A stretch of DNA of 64,000 bases, from assembly GCA_964234715.1 (NCBI GenBank), contig OZ174277.1. The stretch is one strand, 5' to 3'. Made by a program: the position numbers and the translations under genes. Below, in pieces: positions 37,985-51,820 of this stretch. The notes beneath the pieces were generated by a model that was given only the letters and a program-made list of their open reading frames with translations, searched no databases and was not told the origin of the DNA. The DNA is from Podarcis melisellensis (Eukaryota). Numbering within the stretch: position 1 is the stretch's first letter; each line of letters begins with the position of its first letter.

Positions 37985-39709
37985 TCATAACTGCCCAATC
38001 TGAAAAAGTACATCACAGATGACAGATGCAACCAGAGAGTTCAGGACAGCAGATATTGAGATATCCAGCAAACGTCCTTCGTGCAATAGGAACTCTGAGC
38101 GATTCTCCTCCACCCGGGCCATGGCCAGCAAAGCCTTGGCTGCCCTGCACATCATGTCTACGCTAGGTGGCTCCAGAGGCGGGGGCTGCATGTGCATGAG
38201 GTTATGCTGGCTCTGCTGGTACTGGGCCATAGTGACCCCATCCTCAAGGAAGCTTATCAAGTTTCCGATGCTTCCCTTCTGCACAGCAATCGCCCTTGCT
38301 GCTAATGTGTCCCCCTGGGCAAGGTTCGATAAGAGTGCCATGGACATTTCTCGGCAGACTGGATTTTTGCGGTCCCCAACGTACCTAACTAAAGTAGCAT
38401 AGAGTTTCTCCTGACGACTGAATGGGGGAGTGGCCAAGATAAGGTCCACATTATTGTCTTGGATACTGAGTTTACACAGGGTTTCCAGTACAAGTCTCTG
38501 AGGCGACAGGACTGAGTTGGGCCCCACAGTTGGAAAAGGATCCTGTGCCTCTGCAGATGGGCACACCATCCAGTGCAGTAAGCCATCCAAAATTGGCAAA
38601 CAGATGCTTTCTGTGTAAGCAGATAAGTCTAGCTGCCCAGAAATGTTGGCTAATGTGACCAATGTATTATCCCTCAAGACCTCAAGGCAGTCCCACCACC
38701 ACTCATCCTTGCTGCAGGCCACCCCTTTGTCCGCCTCTTCCTCTTTTTCATATGTCTGTGGTGCACGCTTTCTTTCTGGGTGTTCATGATGGAGAAGTAT
38801 CAACTTTCCTAAGATCAGCACCAAGCCCGGATGTTTTGACATTTCAGCATCATTGCCAGGCACAAAAGACAAGCTGCGGACAATGTTTGACACACAGATG
38901 CAACGTTTGGCCAAAGAGTCCTGCCAGTGAGTTATGGTGCATAGAGGAGTCTCATCTCGACTCCGTGGCTCATCCTCTAGCAATTTGATATTCCGATGAC
39001 TTTTGGCTTGGTGGATCCCAAATGGAAATTTACTGCTATCTGTCTGAGAACTAGAGTCTGAGTCTTCAGACAGTGCTCCTGGGCGAGCTGACAAGACATC
39101 GTCAATGGTGGCTGATATGCTTTTGTCTTGCTGTTCCTCAGGTTCTTTTTTCCCCTCCACATTCTTCTTTTTACTTGAAGAGTTGGATGGAAGAGGCGGT
39201 TTCCTGCGAGGAGGAATCTCCATCTTACTCTCAAAGTGGGTCTGGATGTGTTCGGTTGTATCACCCCCACCCAGCTGCCAGTGGAGGAGTCCACTGTTGA
39301 ATTCCTGAACACGCCCCAGCTGGTCAGATCGGTCGACAACAAATAAGTTGTTTTTCTTTACGATTTTTATTGGCAGCTTGTCAAACTTACTGGCTTGTTT
39401 TGGCCTCTCACTTGGATCAGCAATGGCACCAGGGGGAGCAAGAACAGTGCTCTTCTCTTCTTCAGGGTTCTCATTTTCCTCTTCTTCCTCTTCCTCATCC
39501 TCAAATTCACCAAAATAATCAATACATTCATCATTGTTTTCTTCTTTGCTGGCTTCTTGCGTTGCAGACTGGGCATCCTCTTTCTGGGCTGAATTATGAT
39601 CAAGTATTTTTGGTCCTGGATGTCCGACTTCATATTCCATGAGGATTCCAAATATATCTATCAGGCATTTTCTAAAGTATTCCACCAAAAGCTCAAGAAA
39701 ACCAGATAA
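37985..39709 (-). CDS. ARID1B: ARID1B terminal coding exon (574 aa + TGA), BAF250_C/ARM-like domain
   Basis: cttcag|TTATCTGGT; [28 protein letters not shown]...[31 protein letters not shown]...[12 protein letters not shown]; the C-terminus matches ARID1B rather than ARID1A. Confidence 0.98.
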   Translation of the reverse strand, partial: LSGFLELLVEYFRKCLIDIFGILMEYEVGHPGPKILDHNSAQKEDAQSATQEASKEENNDECIDYFGEFEDEEEEEEENENPEEEKSTVLAPPGAIADPSERPKQASKFDKLPIKIVKKNNLFVVDRSDQLGRVQEFNSGLLHWQLGGGDTTEHIQTHFESKMEIPPRRKPPLPSNSSSKKKNVEGKKEPEEQQDKSISATIDDVLSARPGALSEDSDSSSQTDSSKFPFGIHQAKSHRNIKLLEDEPRSRDETPLCTITHWQDSLAKRCICVSNIVRSLSFVPGNDAEMSKHPGLVLILGKLILLHHEHPERKRAPQTYEKEEEADKGVACSKDEWWWDCLEVLRDNTLVTLANISGQLDLSAYTESICLPILDGLLHWMVCPSAEAQDPFPTVGPNSVLSPQRLVLETLCKLSIQDNNVDLILATPPFSRQEKLYATLVRYVGDRKNPVCREMSMALLSNLAQGDTLAARAIAVQKGSIGNLISFLEDGVTMAQYQQSQHNLMHMQPPPLEPPSVDMMCRAAKALLAMARVEENRSEFLLHEGRLLDISISAVLNSLVASVICDVLFQIGQL

Positions 39710-41819
39710 CTGAAGAAACAAAAAATAACATAAGAATGTTAAAAGGAACATTTCAGGTGACATGGAATTGTGTTGGCAGCAGTAGGCATACTTTCAGAAA
39801 GATGCTAATTTACTCTTCATTTTACACATAAAACAAACCTTGTTGGGGCATTCTCTAAATGTAGGCATTTAGTGATCTGGGAATACTAAAAAGATTTAAT
39901 GGAGTAATAAAAATATAAAGTATTCATAACCCTTGTAGTTCACACATTATAAAGGAAATCCCCAAACTGTATTTAATATTTAATTTAATATTAAAAGTTT
40001 TTATTTTTTATTATTTTATTATTTATTTTATCCCACAATTGAACTTTTTGGATCTTACAAAATAGTCACAATTATTAAAACACACACAGGCACACCAACT
40101 GAGTCTTCCTCTAGAATAAAGAGTCTTCCCTCTGCCCTCAGAGGAAAAGAACCTATAGATACAACTCCACTTACACTGTGTCCTTGTAATGTTTTCTTAG
40201 CGGAATGGTGCTAAATACAGGGGTACAAGGAAAGTACATTTGAAGTCAGGGTGAGTGAGGTCACTTTGTCATGGCCATTTGCTTCTTAAAATTCATGAAT
40301 TTCTATTTTGCTGAAATTATTACAAAGACACATTCTACCCCACATGCATTTATTGAAACCTATTCTCCCACTCTCCCCCACCCACATTATCCCACAAAGT
40401 CTCTGGACAGGCTACAGCATGTCCTCATCTAAACTTATCCACACACTAACCATGTGAAGGAACTTAGACGGAGAAATAGATACTGAATGTGGATTTGAGC
40501 TGGCTCATAATCCCTATTTTCCAGCTCATAAATGTTGGTAGTAGCCCTTCAACATACATATCTATAGTGTGATTTATAGCACTTCAGTGTTCTAAAAGCA
40601 AAAAAAGTCAAAACAATTCTTTTCTAATTTACAAAAGCTTTCCTGTCTGGTGTCCTGGAAATGATTACTACTCATTTCAGGTGATCAAGCAAGTGGCTAT
40701 TTACAAACCTGTTCATTGTTCCATATTGCATGAAATGATGCACTCATAACTACTTGTGAATAAAGAACCAAGCAGAATAATTGCCACACTTAGAATTCTC
40801 ACCCTGCAAGGAATCTAGCAGCAGTGGCAGATCACAAAAGGGTTTTCATACTGCTTCTTAATCCCTATAGTGCAAGTCTTTTGCATCAAAGAAATCAGTC
40901 TTCTCTAGTGATATCTTGTGATATTTAGTAGAAACTTTCTTTAGTATAATCTAGTAGAAATTTACTTTCACTTGAAATATAACATTAATTTGCAAAAAGA
41001 AGGTGAAAGTAAGAGGCTTGGTTCTGGAAGAGGTGAAGTCTTTTGAAAGTATGGCCCCACAAAAAGTGAGCTTTTATGTTATATGCAAATAATTATTTAA
41101 ATCTTTTTTCCTCTCCCATCTCCCACACCTTTCCTAATTCTGTGACGCACTTTAGTCTTCAAGTTAAGGAAGAGCTGACAATATATCAGTAGTTGCCAAG
41201 ATAGTTTTCATGTCTGTGATAAGCTCTTGAAGGCTTTTATTACCAACTGATGTGCTCCATCCAAGGCATTCTTGAGTTCCTCCTGCTGTTAGTAAAAGCT
41301 ATATGCAGCATAAATGTTCAACCAGGAACAAAAATATTGCCTTGGATTTAAAGATGTTCTTGTACAAAGCACTTTTTACTGATTCCTCCATCTGAGTGCA
41401 GCTTCCTGTACCCTGTTCTGTTCAAGAGGGCCCCTTGATTCCCAACAGTGTCTTTTAGTTGAGGAGCTGAGGGAAAGAGGGAACTGGGAAACCCTGCTGT
41501 GAGAAGGGGTCTGTTCTCACATCTTTAGGAACGAAGCTGCTGTAAGAGAGCTTTGATAAAAGAAATACTGATTTAATTTTGAAGGGTCAGTCTTTGGAAC
41601 ATTGAATGACTAGGGCATTTGAGTGGTGTTTTCAGTGGTGATTCTATGTTTCAGCCTCGCTTTGTATTTATTAAATGGCAGGTAAATTCAACGTTTTGTT
41701 AAGCTTTAGAGGATGGGGTAAAATCGCTTTAAAGTTATGGTGCTGCTAATGATGTGACACGTATTTTATGTGAATTGCTAATCTTGTAGAGAAGAGCATA
41801 CCATTGAACTCCATGGGGA

Positions 41820-42003
41820 CCAGCCTTATATCAGGTGAGACCACTGGTCCATCTAGCCCAGCTGTTGCCTACACTGACTGGCAGCAGCTCTCCCAGGGTT
41901 TCAGATGGGGATACTCCCTGTCCAACATGGAAACGCTTTCTTCTACAGAAAGCTATGGCCTTCTGCAGAAGAAGGATATACTCTGCCACTGAGCTATGGC
42001 CCA
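41820..42003 (-). mobile_element. Squam2-like SINE in the last ARID1B intron
   Basis: gggccatagctcagtggcagag...ctgaaaccctgggagagctgctgccagtcagtgtaggcaac...ctagatggacca. Confidence 0.75.
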
Positions 42004-42099
42004 CCATGAATTGCTAATGCTCTTTCTTATTATGCAACATGTTTTGTACTGCCTTATTTTGTTGTCAACTGCCCTATGACTGTTTTAGATGAAGGAAAA

Positions 42100-42144
<45 letters not shown>
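42100..42144. repeat. (TATC)n microsatellite
   Basis: ~11 units, ~50 bp downstream of an ARID1B donor site. Confidence 0.97.
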
Positions 42145-42195
42145 GGCATTAGGAGGTTTCAGATAAACAGACTTCTGGAGAAACATCAAACCTAC

Positions 42196-42326
42196 CTGAG
42201 AGAGATTGAAAGTAGCAACAGTACTGTCGTCATACAGGAGGATATTAATAGTATCTAAAGCCCAAGTACTTTCAGCAAGAAGGCCTGATTTAAGTGACAT
42301 CATCACCCTCCAGGCCTCAGGAGTCA
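42196..42326 (-). CDS. ARID1B: ARID1B exon (131 nt, ~exon 19)
   Basis: ttccag|TGACTC...TCTCAG|gtaggt; [44 protein letters not shown]. Confidence 0.97.
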
Positions 42327-43469
42327 CTGGAAAATAAGAACACAAAGCATTAATAAGCATTCTGTCTAAAGGAGATCCAGAAGCTAGATTTCAAATGGCA
42401 TACAGATTTTGGATCAGTGAGAAGAAGGGATGCTTTTATTCCAGATTATGGTATGAATAGTCACAGTTCCCTTATTAGGTTCAGGAATGGCAACTCTCAT
42501 ATGGAGAATTCACTAGCATGCCTTCCACTGAACACAACACTGAATTATATTAAATGCAGCAGGAAAAACTGCCTATTTAAGATGAAAAAAGCCATGTTGC
42601 TATTTTGAGAATTGGTTGAATAAAACAGCACAGAAGGTTAATCTGTGGCTAACAAACATGGTCGTTAGCTATCATGCTCCGTTATGCAAATTGAAGAGAT
42701 GATCCACTCTTACGCATTAGGAGCTGAGAGGAACAAAATATGTTTGATTAATAAAGCTTTTGGCTATCCTTTCTTTCAAGCTAACTAAGGAATGTATACA
42801 AGGGTGCGTGTTTGTGTGTGTCACACCCACTTCTGGGTATAGATTGAAACCACTTTTGAAGAACTGTTAGGATTTGAGGAAAATCAGATTTAATCTTGCA
42901 GTTCTCAGACCCAGCTTGGATTTTTTGAGTGCTCTACAGATACTTTTTCTGCATAATCATATGTTATCTTCTGAGCCCTCATAATGTCTACTCAAAATGC
43001 AGGCTTGTAAGTAAGCAAAGTATAGTTTGGTTCTCCAAAGTATAGTTTGAATTTCCTCTTGGGGAAGAGGGGGTGAAAAATGGCCATAGAAGTAACCAAA
43101 TGATCCAGAAGTAACCAAAACGGTGTCCCCTTCCTTAGTCGCTGGATTCTAGCTCCCCTGTGCCAAAATGAAATCACATAAATCCTGCTTATTTCTGGAA
43201 GAAACCAAATGTCAGAAACAGCAGGGGGACAACACCTAATAGGAAAACTTTAATAAAACACACAGTTACAGTAACTTCTTGCCTAAGTATGCAGCGCCCT
43301 TCTTCATATAAATAGATTAAGTGGTGAGGTGAAAATGGTCACTCCTGCTATGAAACTTTGGGCATGGTTGCAATTTAATAAAGGTAATTTCTCAACGTAA
43401 GTTTACAAAACTGCAGCCTTTAAAATATTGTAATTAAAAAGAGACTCCTTTTCATTGTCTAGCACTTAC

Positions 43470-44256
43470 CTATATCTTTTGAGGTAATCTTTCGTCTTGG
43501 TTTCAAGACTGGCTGGGATGCTTCTACAGAGCCTGGAGGAAAAGTTATTTCCCTCCTAATTGGTGGTGGCTGGGTTGGAGGACCTGCGACCTGTGAGACT
43601 GGAACAGTGGGCATAACTTTCGGCATCTTCATGGAGGGCAGGAAAGGGGATTTACTTGGAGACATACGGTTTTCATGGGAGCGTGGGAAGGATGCAGGAC
43701 TAGGCGCTCGAGAGATGTGGTTTGGCATCGACGGCGTCGTCTGGTAAGATGACTGAGGAGGTCGAGTGATAGGCTGCATGGAGGCAGAGGATGACATGTA
43801 AGAAGGCTGACGTTGGTTGACATGAGAAGGCCACTGGCTTTCATGGTTTATCCTCTGGTCAGGGACCATCATATCTTCAGTGCGGTTCATCCCTGGATAA
43901 GGTGGGGCCTGTGCAGGGCCTCCAGGGCCTTGCCTATTTTGATATGGGTAAGACATATCGTTTCTTGTGGGCCACATGTTCTGTTGGGGGCCTTCACTGG
44001 AGGCTGATGACTGCATAGGACCACCAATCATCTGAGGAGGTACTCCATGTTGCTGCATTTGTCCCGGTGCCTGCATTCTCTCTCGGCTATAAGGATATGG
44101 ATACTGTCCCTGTATGGGCCTTCGGTCTGGTCCAGAGTAAGCACTGTACTGGTTAAACATATCCTGCTGCTGGCCACTATACTGCATATTAAACATATCT
44201 CCTTCATGGCGTTTTGCTGGGGGCCCATACATGCCATCCATATGCCGTTTGTAGTT
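43470..44256 (-). CDS. ARID1B: ARID1B exon (787 nt, ~exon 18), P/Q/M-rich low-complexity region
   Basis: tttcag|AACTAC...GATATAG|gtaagt; [20 protein letters not shown]...[14 protein letters not shown] within ORF 43459..44382. Confidence 0.97.
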
Positions 44257-44364
44257 CTGAAAAGGAGGAACAACATGAATAAGCTTTAAAATACAATGAA
44301 AATATTGTTTTTCATAGGAAGGTGCATATTCCACAGTCAACCAATGAGATTTGCTACCACAAGA

Positions 44365-44618
44365 CAGAGTAATGGCTACCAACTTGATTCTTTTAAAAGG
44401 GGTTAGACAGATTCATGGAGGATAAGGCTATCAAAGGCTACAAGTCCTGATGACTATGTAATATCTCCAGCATGCCTCTGAGTACCAATTGTTGGGGGAT
44501 TATGCTATTGCACTCATGTCCTGTGTGTGAGCTTCCCATAAGCATCTCTTTGAGCAGTGTGAGAACAGATTGCTAGACCTTTGGTCTGAACCAGCAAGGC
44601 TTTTATTAATTTCTTATG
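44365..44618 (+). mobile_element. CR1 LINE 3' end fragment
   Basis: ttttaaaaggggttagacagattcatggaggataaggctatc...ttggtctgaaccagcaaggc...ttcttatg. Confidence 0.75.
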
Positions 44619-46434
44619 GCAGAAGCATTTGAGGCTACATTATACAGATTTTGGTAAAAATATGACATACTTTGATTAGTGTTTTCATTAACATATGCCT
44701 TTTTAATTATTTCAGTAAATAAATATGAATTGGCAGAAAATCCATCTTTCAGCTCTGGTGTACAACAAGTAGGAAAAAAAATGATTATTTTAGTGGCGAA
44801 CAAAAAATGCTTGAAGATGATATATGAGACAGCCCTTTCATTTTCGGAGGTAGTTCTGATGTGTTTATAACTTTATGTTTAAAAGATAGTTAGCCTAAGG
44901 CTAATACATCTCAAGTTAGTTCTCATTCCAGTGAAGCGTGGTAAAAAAATTATTGGTTATTTTTTGACATATCCAAGTTTGAAAAAAACAATGTTTCTTT
45001 ATTAGTAAGGTCATTTTTAAGACTTTTGTTTAAGATACATAAAACTGATAGTCTCTATAATTTTGAAGCTCACTATAACTTTCTTTTCAGAAAATGAGAC
45101 ACAATAAAGCATATAAAATGGTATGAATGTATCACATGAGTAAAAGCACCTGGGATGCAAGATGTCTTCAACGAACACTAAAATAAAACAGAGAGAACTT
45201 TCCCCACATGCTTTTAGAATGTCAGAGGCCCTCCTGAAGGTGCTACCACCACCAGATGTTCAGGGGAAGGTGGTTAGAACCATCCCAATTTTCTCATATA
45301 GGAAAACAGCAGACTAAGCTTTTTAGGAGACTTTTGCCTCTAAGTGAAGGGAGTAATTGGATGCTCTGTGTTGTGTTGGCTATGGTTGTATCGAGCACAG
45401 TCTAACTTTCCCCTCCTCTCCTCCCCCTGCAGCCCCCAGACACCCCCTAAAACTGCCCCCGAGAGTCCCCTAACCTTCTGGAATACATTTCCACTTTTGG
45501 AACAGCAGCATTGGATTAAATCCTTTGATTCTTGGTTACTGTTTTGTATTGAGATATATTTAAGGATATTTTCAGAAATATATATATATAGGTATGATGT
45601 CTGTATGCACAGAGCAAGTTATATGCTCAGAGCAAGCCAATCTCTGGGTGCCAGTCCTTATGTAGCCAAAAGAGTATCATCTGTGTACAAGACGAAAGAA
45701 TCAGCACGACTTAAGAATCCATTTTTTTTTCTGTGTGTGGAGGCGGGGGGGAGACATTGTTAACTGGGAGAGAGGAAGAACAGAATGAAATAAAGGTTGG
45801 CTGGCTGCTGGGGCCCTGGATAAAGGAATGCTACAGCTGCAGTTCCCACTAGAAAGCTGCTTTGAGAGTTTTACTGGGAAATGGAATATAAACATTATCC
45901 AACAAACAACTTGGAACTTGGCTGTTGTGTGGCAGTGGCAGCCTTAGGTATAACTTTTCTGCCCTATCTTTTGGATAGTTTTAAGACAAACAACTTTGCA
46001 ATTTGTAAATATTTACTTGACCCCTTCATTCTCTTGCTAGCCTTCATGTTTCAACAGAGGTGGGGTTTTTCTTCTTGCCTCCTTTCCCACTGGATTTAGC
46101 TATCTGAAGTGAATGAAGATAACATAGAAACAGCCCTCCTCTCTCTACCAACATTACTTTGTCTTTGTACATTGTCTATGCACTGGCATCAAATCTCCCT
46201 CAGTAAAAAAAACAACCAAACCCATCCTTTCCCGTGTGTCACTGAATCAGCTATTCACAACTATGAAACATTTCATACAAAAGGATCTACACACATGAAG
46301 TCATAGGCCTGGCAATGTCTTTTCTGTCTATCAGTGGAATTCATCCTAATATTGCATTCTGTTTTTCAATGTCCGTATGCATGGATTTCTAGAATGAACT
46401 TTGCAGAGGGAAAATGACAACCACAAATGTTTAC

Positions 46435-46531
46435 CTGCTGTTGTGGAAACATTCCAGGTTGGTGTCCTCCATAGGGTGGCTGTCCTGAAGGAGGTACTTG
46501 CACTGGATATTGCGGCCCATATTGTTCATGC
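46435..46531 (-). CDS. ARID1B: ARID1B exon (97 nt, ~exon 17)
   Basis: ttgcag|GCATGAA...CAGCAG|gtaaac; [33 protein letters not shown]; phase 2-0. Confidence 0.95.
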
Positions 46532-49312
46532 CTGCAATGAGGAATGTGAGCTACTAATTAGTACAGAATATTTCCCAATTATAAACGGAGAGCTGTTTAT
46601 AAGAAGTCCTGAAGCTCTCCACAGAACCTCCCTTCTGTTCCATCATACCGCCTGTCAACAACAAAATGTTATTTGTTAAAACAGAAGTTTTGTTCATGGG
46701 GGGGGGGTGTGCTTGGGCTGCAGCTCAGTTTGGTTCAGTGGCACTATATCAGAGTAAATTTATTTCAGTCTTACAAAAAAATGTAGAAGTAGTTGTGTGG
46801 GCTTGGATCTGAGAATTGAACATACCTACTGCTGCAGGTAGGAGGCAACATATGACATGGATGTATACCTGATTCACAGGTTTTCTGCTTTCCTTTAATC
46901 TCTTATGAGAGATGGAAATACTGTAGCAACTGAGTGAATTACTCGTATCCCAGGATCATGTGCAACTTCCTGTTTAGAGTGCTGGGGACATATAATTCCA
47001 ATACCCAAGCTTCCACCTCACCTCACTTGCAAATATCTGAATGAACTGAAAGCTTTGAAGTCAAAATTATGTGCCCATCCTACAGTAGAAACAAATCCAA
47101 CTGAGAGGTTGAAGCTGATTCTGCATTTGAGTCACACAGTGATGATGAAATTTATGGTTAGCCAATAGTGTTAGAATATTACACTTTTATAAAATTATTT
47201 ATGTAAACAGGAGAAATATTTTATTCAGAGGTTTAAGGTAAATTTATAATTGAACTGGGATACATAAAGTTAAACCAATTTTCTTTGAAAGTGAAATTAA
47301 ACTTGGCAAAAGTCCTCCTTGTTGCACAGGAAGATTGGGGAGTGCGTAAGCCTGATGCTTTGCTTGAGCTTCATGAGGTTCATCAACTTAGCACTAAATT
47401 ATGGTTTAGTACAGGAGTAGCCAGCATGATGTCCCCCAGATGTTATGGATTACAACTCCCAACATCCCTAATCATTGGCTATGCTTGCTGAGGCTGGTGG
47501 GAGTTGAACTACCCTGGATTAGAGTTACATGTGAATGCATGCATTGTGAGAACTTCATGTAAGCATGATTATGTTTATTACATATTTTGAGAACTCAAGA
47601 GCTATAGGCACACCTTGAAACTTACCTGTGTAACTTGGTAACACTGCAGAGTACTGTATCTAATTTTGATGGGAGACCTCCAACTGGATATAACTTAATT
47701 TGCTATAATATAACATCCAAACCATCTCGTCTCAGATTAAAAGCACGACCTTAAGACTCATTTATCCAGCAAATGAACATCTAGGATTGCTCTTGCAATT
47801 GGTCAGTCAGTGCAAAGATGCCATGGACCCCCTGTGCCCTTCCCAAATCTACTCCAGAGAATTGGAGGAACCCCCAAAACAGATTTAGGGTGTGTGGGGG
47901 GAACAGGGCAGTGAGTCTTTGAATGAATGGAAATACTTCATGGGATACTTCCCAGGGCACCCTGCCTGTGGAATACCTTTTCTAGGATTAGCTCACATGG
48001 CACCAAATTTGATGTCAATCCCATGCCAGGTCACAACTTGTTATTTTGCTATTTAAAATGTGTAAATTGTCCTCGAAATGTATTAATATAAACAAACAAT
48101 ATGATCTAAGGTATTTAATTTGCTATGGAGCCCCTTACACTGGCATAACCATACAGACACAAATCTAAAATAGGCAATAATTAGCGACTAGAATATTAAT
48201 ACTCAGGACCTAAGAAAAATAAGCTTCTTTACCTGATAAACCAAGGATGCCCCCTTGGTAAGGCTGGAATAAGCCACCTTGTGTGCTCTTACTGTGACGT
48301 ATTTCTTTTATGTTCAAGGTATACTGCACCAGGCTACCGCTGTCCCTTCTTTCAAATCCCTTCTCAAACCTCAGTCCTTATTCCCAACCTTTAAGCACAT
48401 GGAACTGCATTTGCTTGCATTATTTTCTCCCTCCCTTTGTCTTTCCTCCCTCCCCTCTATTATCTTCCCTCCCATTGTCTATCTTAAGCTCCTTGAAGGT
48501 AGGGATTTGCCTATTTTGCCCATGTAAGGTGCCATGTATGGTGATGGCACTGCATGTATGTATAGATGTCATATTCATAGAAGATCCACTGGCTATACAA
48601 ATATATGATGGTTTTTTATATCTCTGCAGCACTTCTTAAATGTTCTCAGCGAGTTACAGTTGTAAAATTTGATTTTAAAAATGTCTGACTGAATGAGGTT
48701 TAAGGGAAAAGTCAGAGGTCTGCTTTCACCCTAGAGAGCAGACTCAGTTCACGCTGACGTCTGCAAGTGAGAGAAGTCTGTGCATATATATGCTGGAATT
48801 CTAGCTCCTAGAGGGTTCCACTTAAAAACATAAGCCATATTTCAAGGAATCTCAATTAATTTGTTTACAAAATGTTGCAACCAAAGAAAGACATGGGAGC
48901 CTCAACATTTAATGACTAAATTTAAAGTAAAAGGTTAAGAACAGTACTTCATGTGTATATATGAGCAAAATAACAATTTTATTTTGATTTATGGAAGTAG
49001 AAGGGCTTTTGCAATCCCATGTTCTCTAAAAGTTCAAAATGAACATACTGTTATAATCTAAAACCGAAATAATGAAAAGCCGGACATCAAGCTCCTGTAA
49101 GTTCTGGAAACACTCCATCGACATGGCTGCTGAGCCACTGCTACTGTTCTCAAAGGAGTCGATGATGCCAGGGAACGGTAGAAGTCCCATTGAAAGAAAA
49201 AAGGCTACACAGCAACAATGCTTGGTAAATTGCACCTTCTGCCCAGTGGCTCTTAAGATTTAAAATTATCTGGTTAACACAGGCATTTGAAACAAATTAA
49301 ATTGTTGTTCAC

Positions 49313-49429
49313 CTTTGCTGCCCAGGGTAACGGTTAGGAGAGTACATGCTTGGGTCACTGTTTGAAGGCACCATGTTGCTTTGACCAGGTGCTCCCATAC
49401 TGCCTTCAGGACCCAGCCCATGATCCGAC
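49313..49429 (-). CDS. ARID1B: ARID1B additional, probably cassette, exon (117 nt, phase 2-2), paralogous to ARID1A exon 16
   Basis: tttcctttgtcatttttag|GTCGGAT...CAGCAAAG|gtgaac; in-frame (R)[39 protein letters not shown], stop-free and phase-compatible with both neighbours. Confidence 0.85.
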
Positions 49430-49909
49430 CTAAAAATGACAAAGGAAACCTCATGCTGTAAAAAGCACTTATTCTCTCAATCTGCTAAAAAAATAATTAA
49501 AAAATCAAAAAAATCAAGGCATAGCCGGTTTGGGCTCCAGACCTCTCAGGGACTCAAAGTGTCATTGAGACCACTGCAGTTTATTTCTTCAAGGAATAAA
49601 TGTATGGCACCTATTTTATGCTGCTCTTGATTATGAAATTCAGCCTGCTGAAACCTGAAACATGGAAACAGCTACAGATAACTGGGAGGGGGGAGGGACA
49701 AATGACATGCCACTTACAGTTCTATGACTTCTATTCCTAACAGTAAAATAAATCACAAAACAACTTAGTTTGACAAAATTCAAGATGTTTTGAAATTAGC
49801 TTAATTTTAGTTTGGCCTTCAAACACTAGATGTTTTGAGAATATTTGGTAGAGATTATTTCTAATAATTAGAGTTTCATGTTGCAGATTTACATTTTTTA
49901 AAACATAAT

Positions 49910-49911
<2 letters not shown>

Positions 49912-49942
<31 letters not shown>
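49912..49942. repeat. (TG)n microsatellite
   Basis: Direct observation. Confidence 0.95.
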
Positions 49943-49944
<2 letters not shown>

Positions 49945-51347
49945 GCAAATTTGTTATTTAGCTCTTTAGTGAAGTTGTGGGACAAAACACTTCTAAGCGG
50001 TAAAATATATTTTCCTTTGCACTAATCCTTTCTGTTGGTATCAAGAGCTTATAATAGAATCATAGATCTGTAGAATTGGGAGGGATCCTGAAGGTCATCT
50101 AATCCAACCCCTCTAGCTACTGAACCAATGACAATGGGATTATAGTTATAACCACCTCACAGGAGCAGTGCCTCTCAAAGACAGAGGCAGGAAGCTAAAT
50201 TACTGGGACATGGAGCAAAACATAGTCTGCATGCTTTGTTTTTATTGAAAAGAAGAAAAAGGGGCTTTTTTGTTTTTTGTTTTACTAGTGCTGTGCCAAA
50301 TTCACTGATATTCACTGCAAATGTCACTATTTTGAAGAGAGAGAAAAAAGGTTTGCAAAAACCCCTGTACCTTCCATTCTTTCATGCATTTTGCCATATT
50401 TGTATCCAGCCATTGTTCCCCTCCCCAAACTATTTGAGTGCAATTATGATGATGATGATGATTTTACCTAAAAAGACTTTTGTGCTTGATCCCAAGCAAT
50501 CACCATCATATAGACAATCAGACCTGGCTATGTGGTGATATCACTTAGGGCAAAGAAAGCTCTCCAACTGACCTGACTCTAAATAGCTGGAGGGGAATGC
50601 ACAAGTAACCATGCTGACACTCTCTGTCTTGCTCTGCTGTTCGTTTCTCTGGCTGCCAAGGTAAGACTTTTATTCCAATTACATGTAGTTCTTGTTAGGT
50701 CAGAATGTAGATGAGGATATGCACCCTACTGAAAGTAGTGCTGTGTACATGGCAGAGATCAAAGTCTGGATATACACTGGATTACTTTCAGTGGGACATG
50801 CAATTAGGTGCACATGCAAATGTGCACCCACATTTTGGCCCATTTGTCCACTATGCTTTGGCAATGGGGACCTGCTCCCTCTTTCTGACACCCACCTCCT
50901 CATGAACATTTTTACACCTTTTTGCAAAGGAGTCTGAAAAATCACCCAAAAGAGTGGAGTGCAGTGTGTCAGGGCTAAAATGTTCATTAAGAGCAAACAC
51001 ACGTCAGCTCAGTCATGATGATGCCCCTCCAAATAAGAATTCCAATATACCTAACAACATACCTAAATTTCCTTATGCAGCCACACCCCTCACTTACTGA
51101 TTCCTTGTATGGTGGGGGGAGAGGATAGACTCAGTTTTTACTCATGTTTTTACTCTAACTGATTCAGGAGATTGCTACATTACAGATGGGGAGCCTGTGG
51201 CCCCGTACAAGTTTTTTGGGCTGCAACTGGGTATAGTCCAACATTACCTGGAGGGCAATGGGCTTCCCATCCCTGGCCTAGATGGTGTGAAGTCATCAGT
51301 ATAGAACACCATTGTAAGGGAGGAGCAAAAAAGACAGAGTCACTCAC

Positions 51348-51498
51348 CTCCGGTCATAACCACTTCCGTAGGCAAACTGCTGGCGCTGGCCCATGCCCAT
51401 ATTGGACATTGCCCCCGAGGGAGTCTGGTTGTACATTTCCTGCATTCCACTGTTGGGCATCTGTCCGGGGGTCATGAAGGGTTCACTGTTTCCAGGCA
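51348..51498 (-). CDS. ARID1B: ARID1B exon (151 nt, ~exon 16)
   Basis: ttgcag|TGCCTG...CGGAG|gtgagt; [51 protein letters not shown]; phase 1-2. Confidence 0.96.
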
Positions 51499-51820
51499 CT
51501 GCAAGCAGAGAAGAAAACAGGTGTGCACCTGAAATTAATTGGCGTTTACTCCCAAATAGATGTGCGTAGACTGTAACCTAGCAGTGCGTTTTTAATACTT
51601 TGCTGATAATCCTTTCCCCTTTTATAGAAATATCCTTCCGTCCAAACCACACCAAACCCTGAAAGAGCACTTATAGCTTATGAAATGTAATAAAAAGCAG
51701 AGAGCAGTGAGAACAGTATCATACAGGGTTTCCCCCTTCACATCCCTGGGATGCAAAGGAAACAAATCACCTAAATTCACACACACGTACACATAAAGTT
51801 GCTAGGAAACCAGAATATAC

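Noticed and set aside
38019-39651. Overlapping alternative-frame and antisense ORFs in the last exon
   Set aside because: Shadow ORFs of a long CDS with no independent gene signals.
39710-39763. N-terminal extensions of the ARID1B ORFs in the track (also 44257-44382, 52933-53017, 42327-42360)
   Set aside because: Intronic read-through upstream of clear AG acceptors, not real starts.
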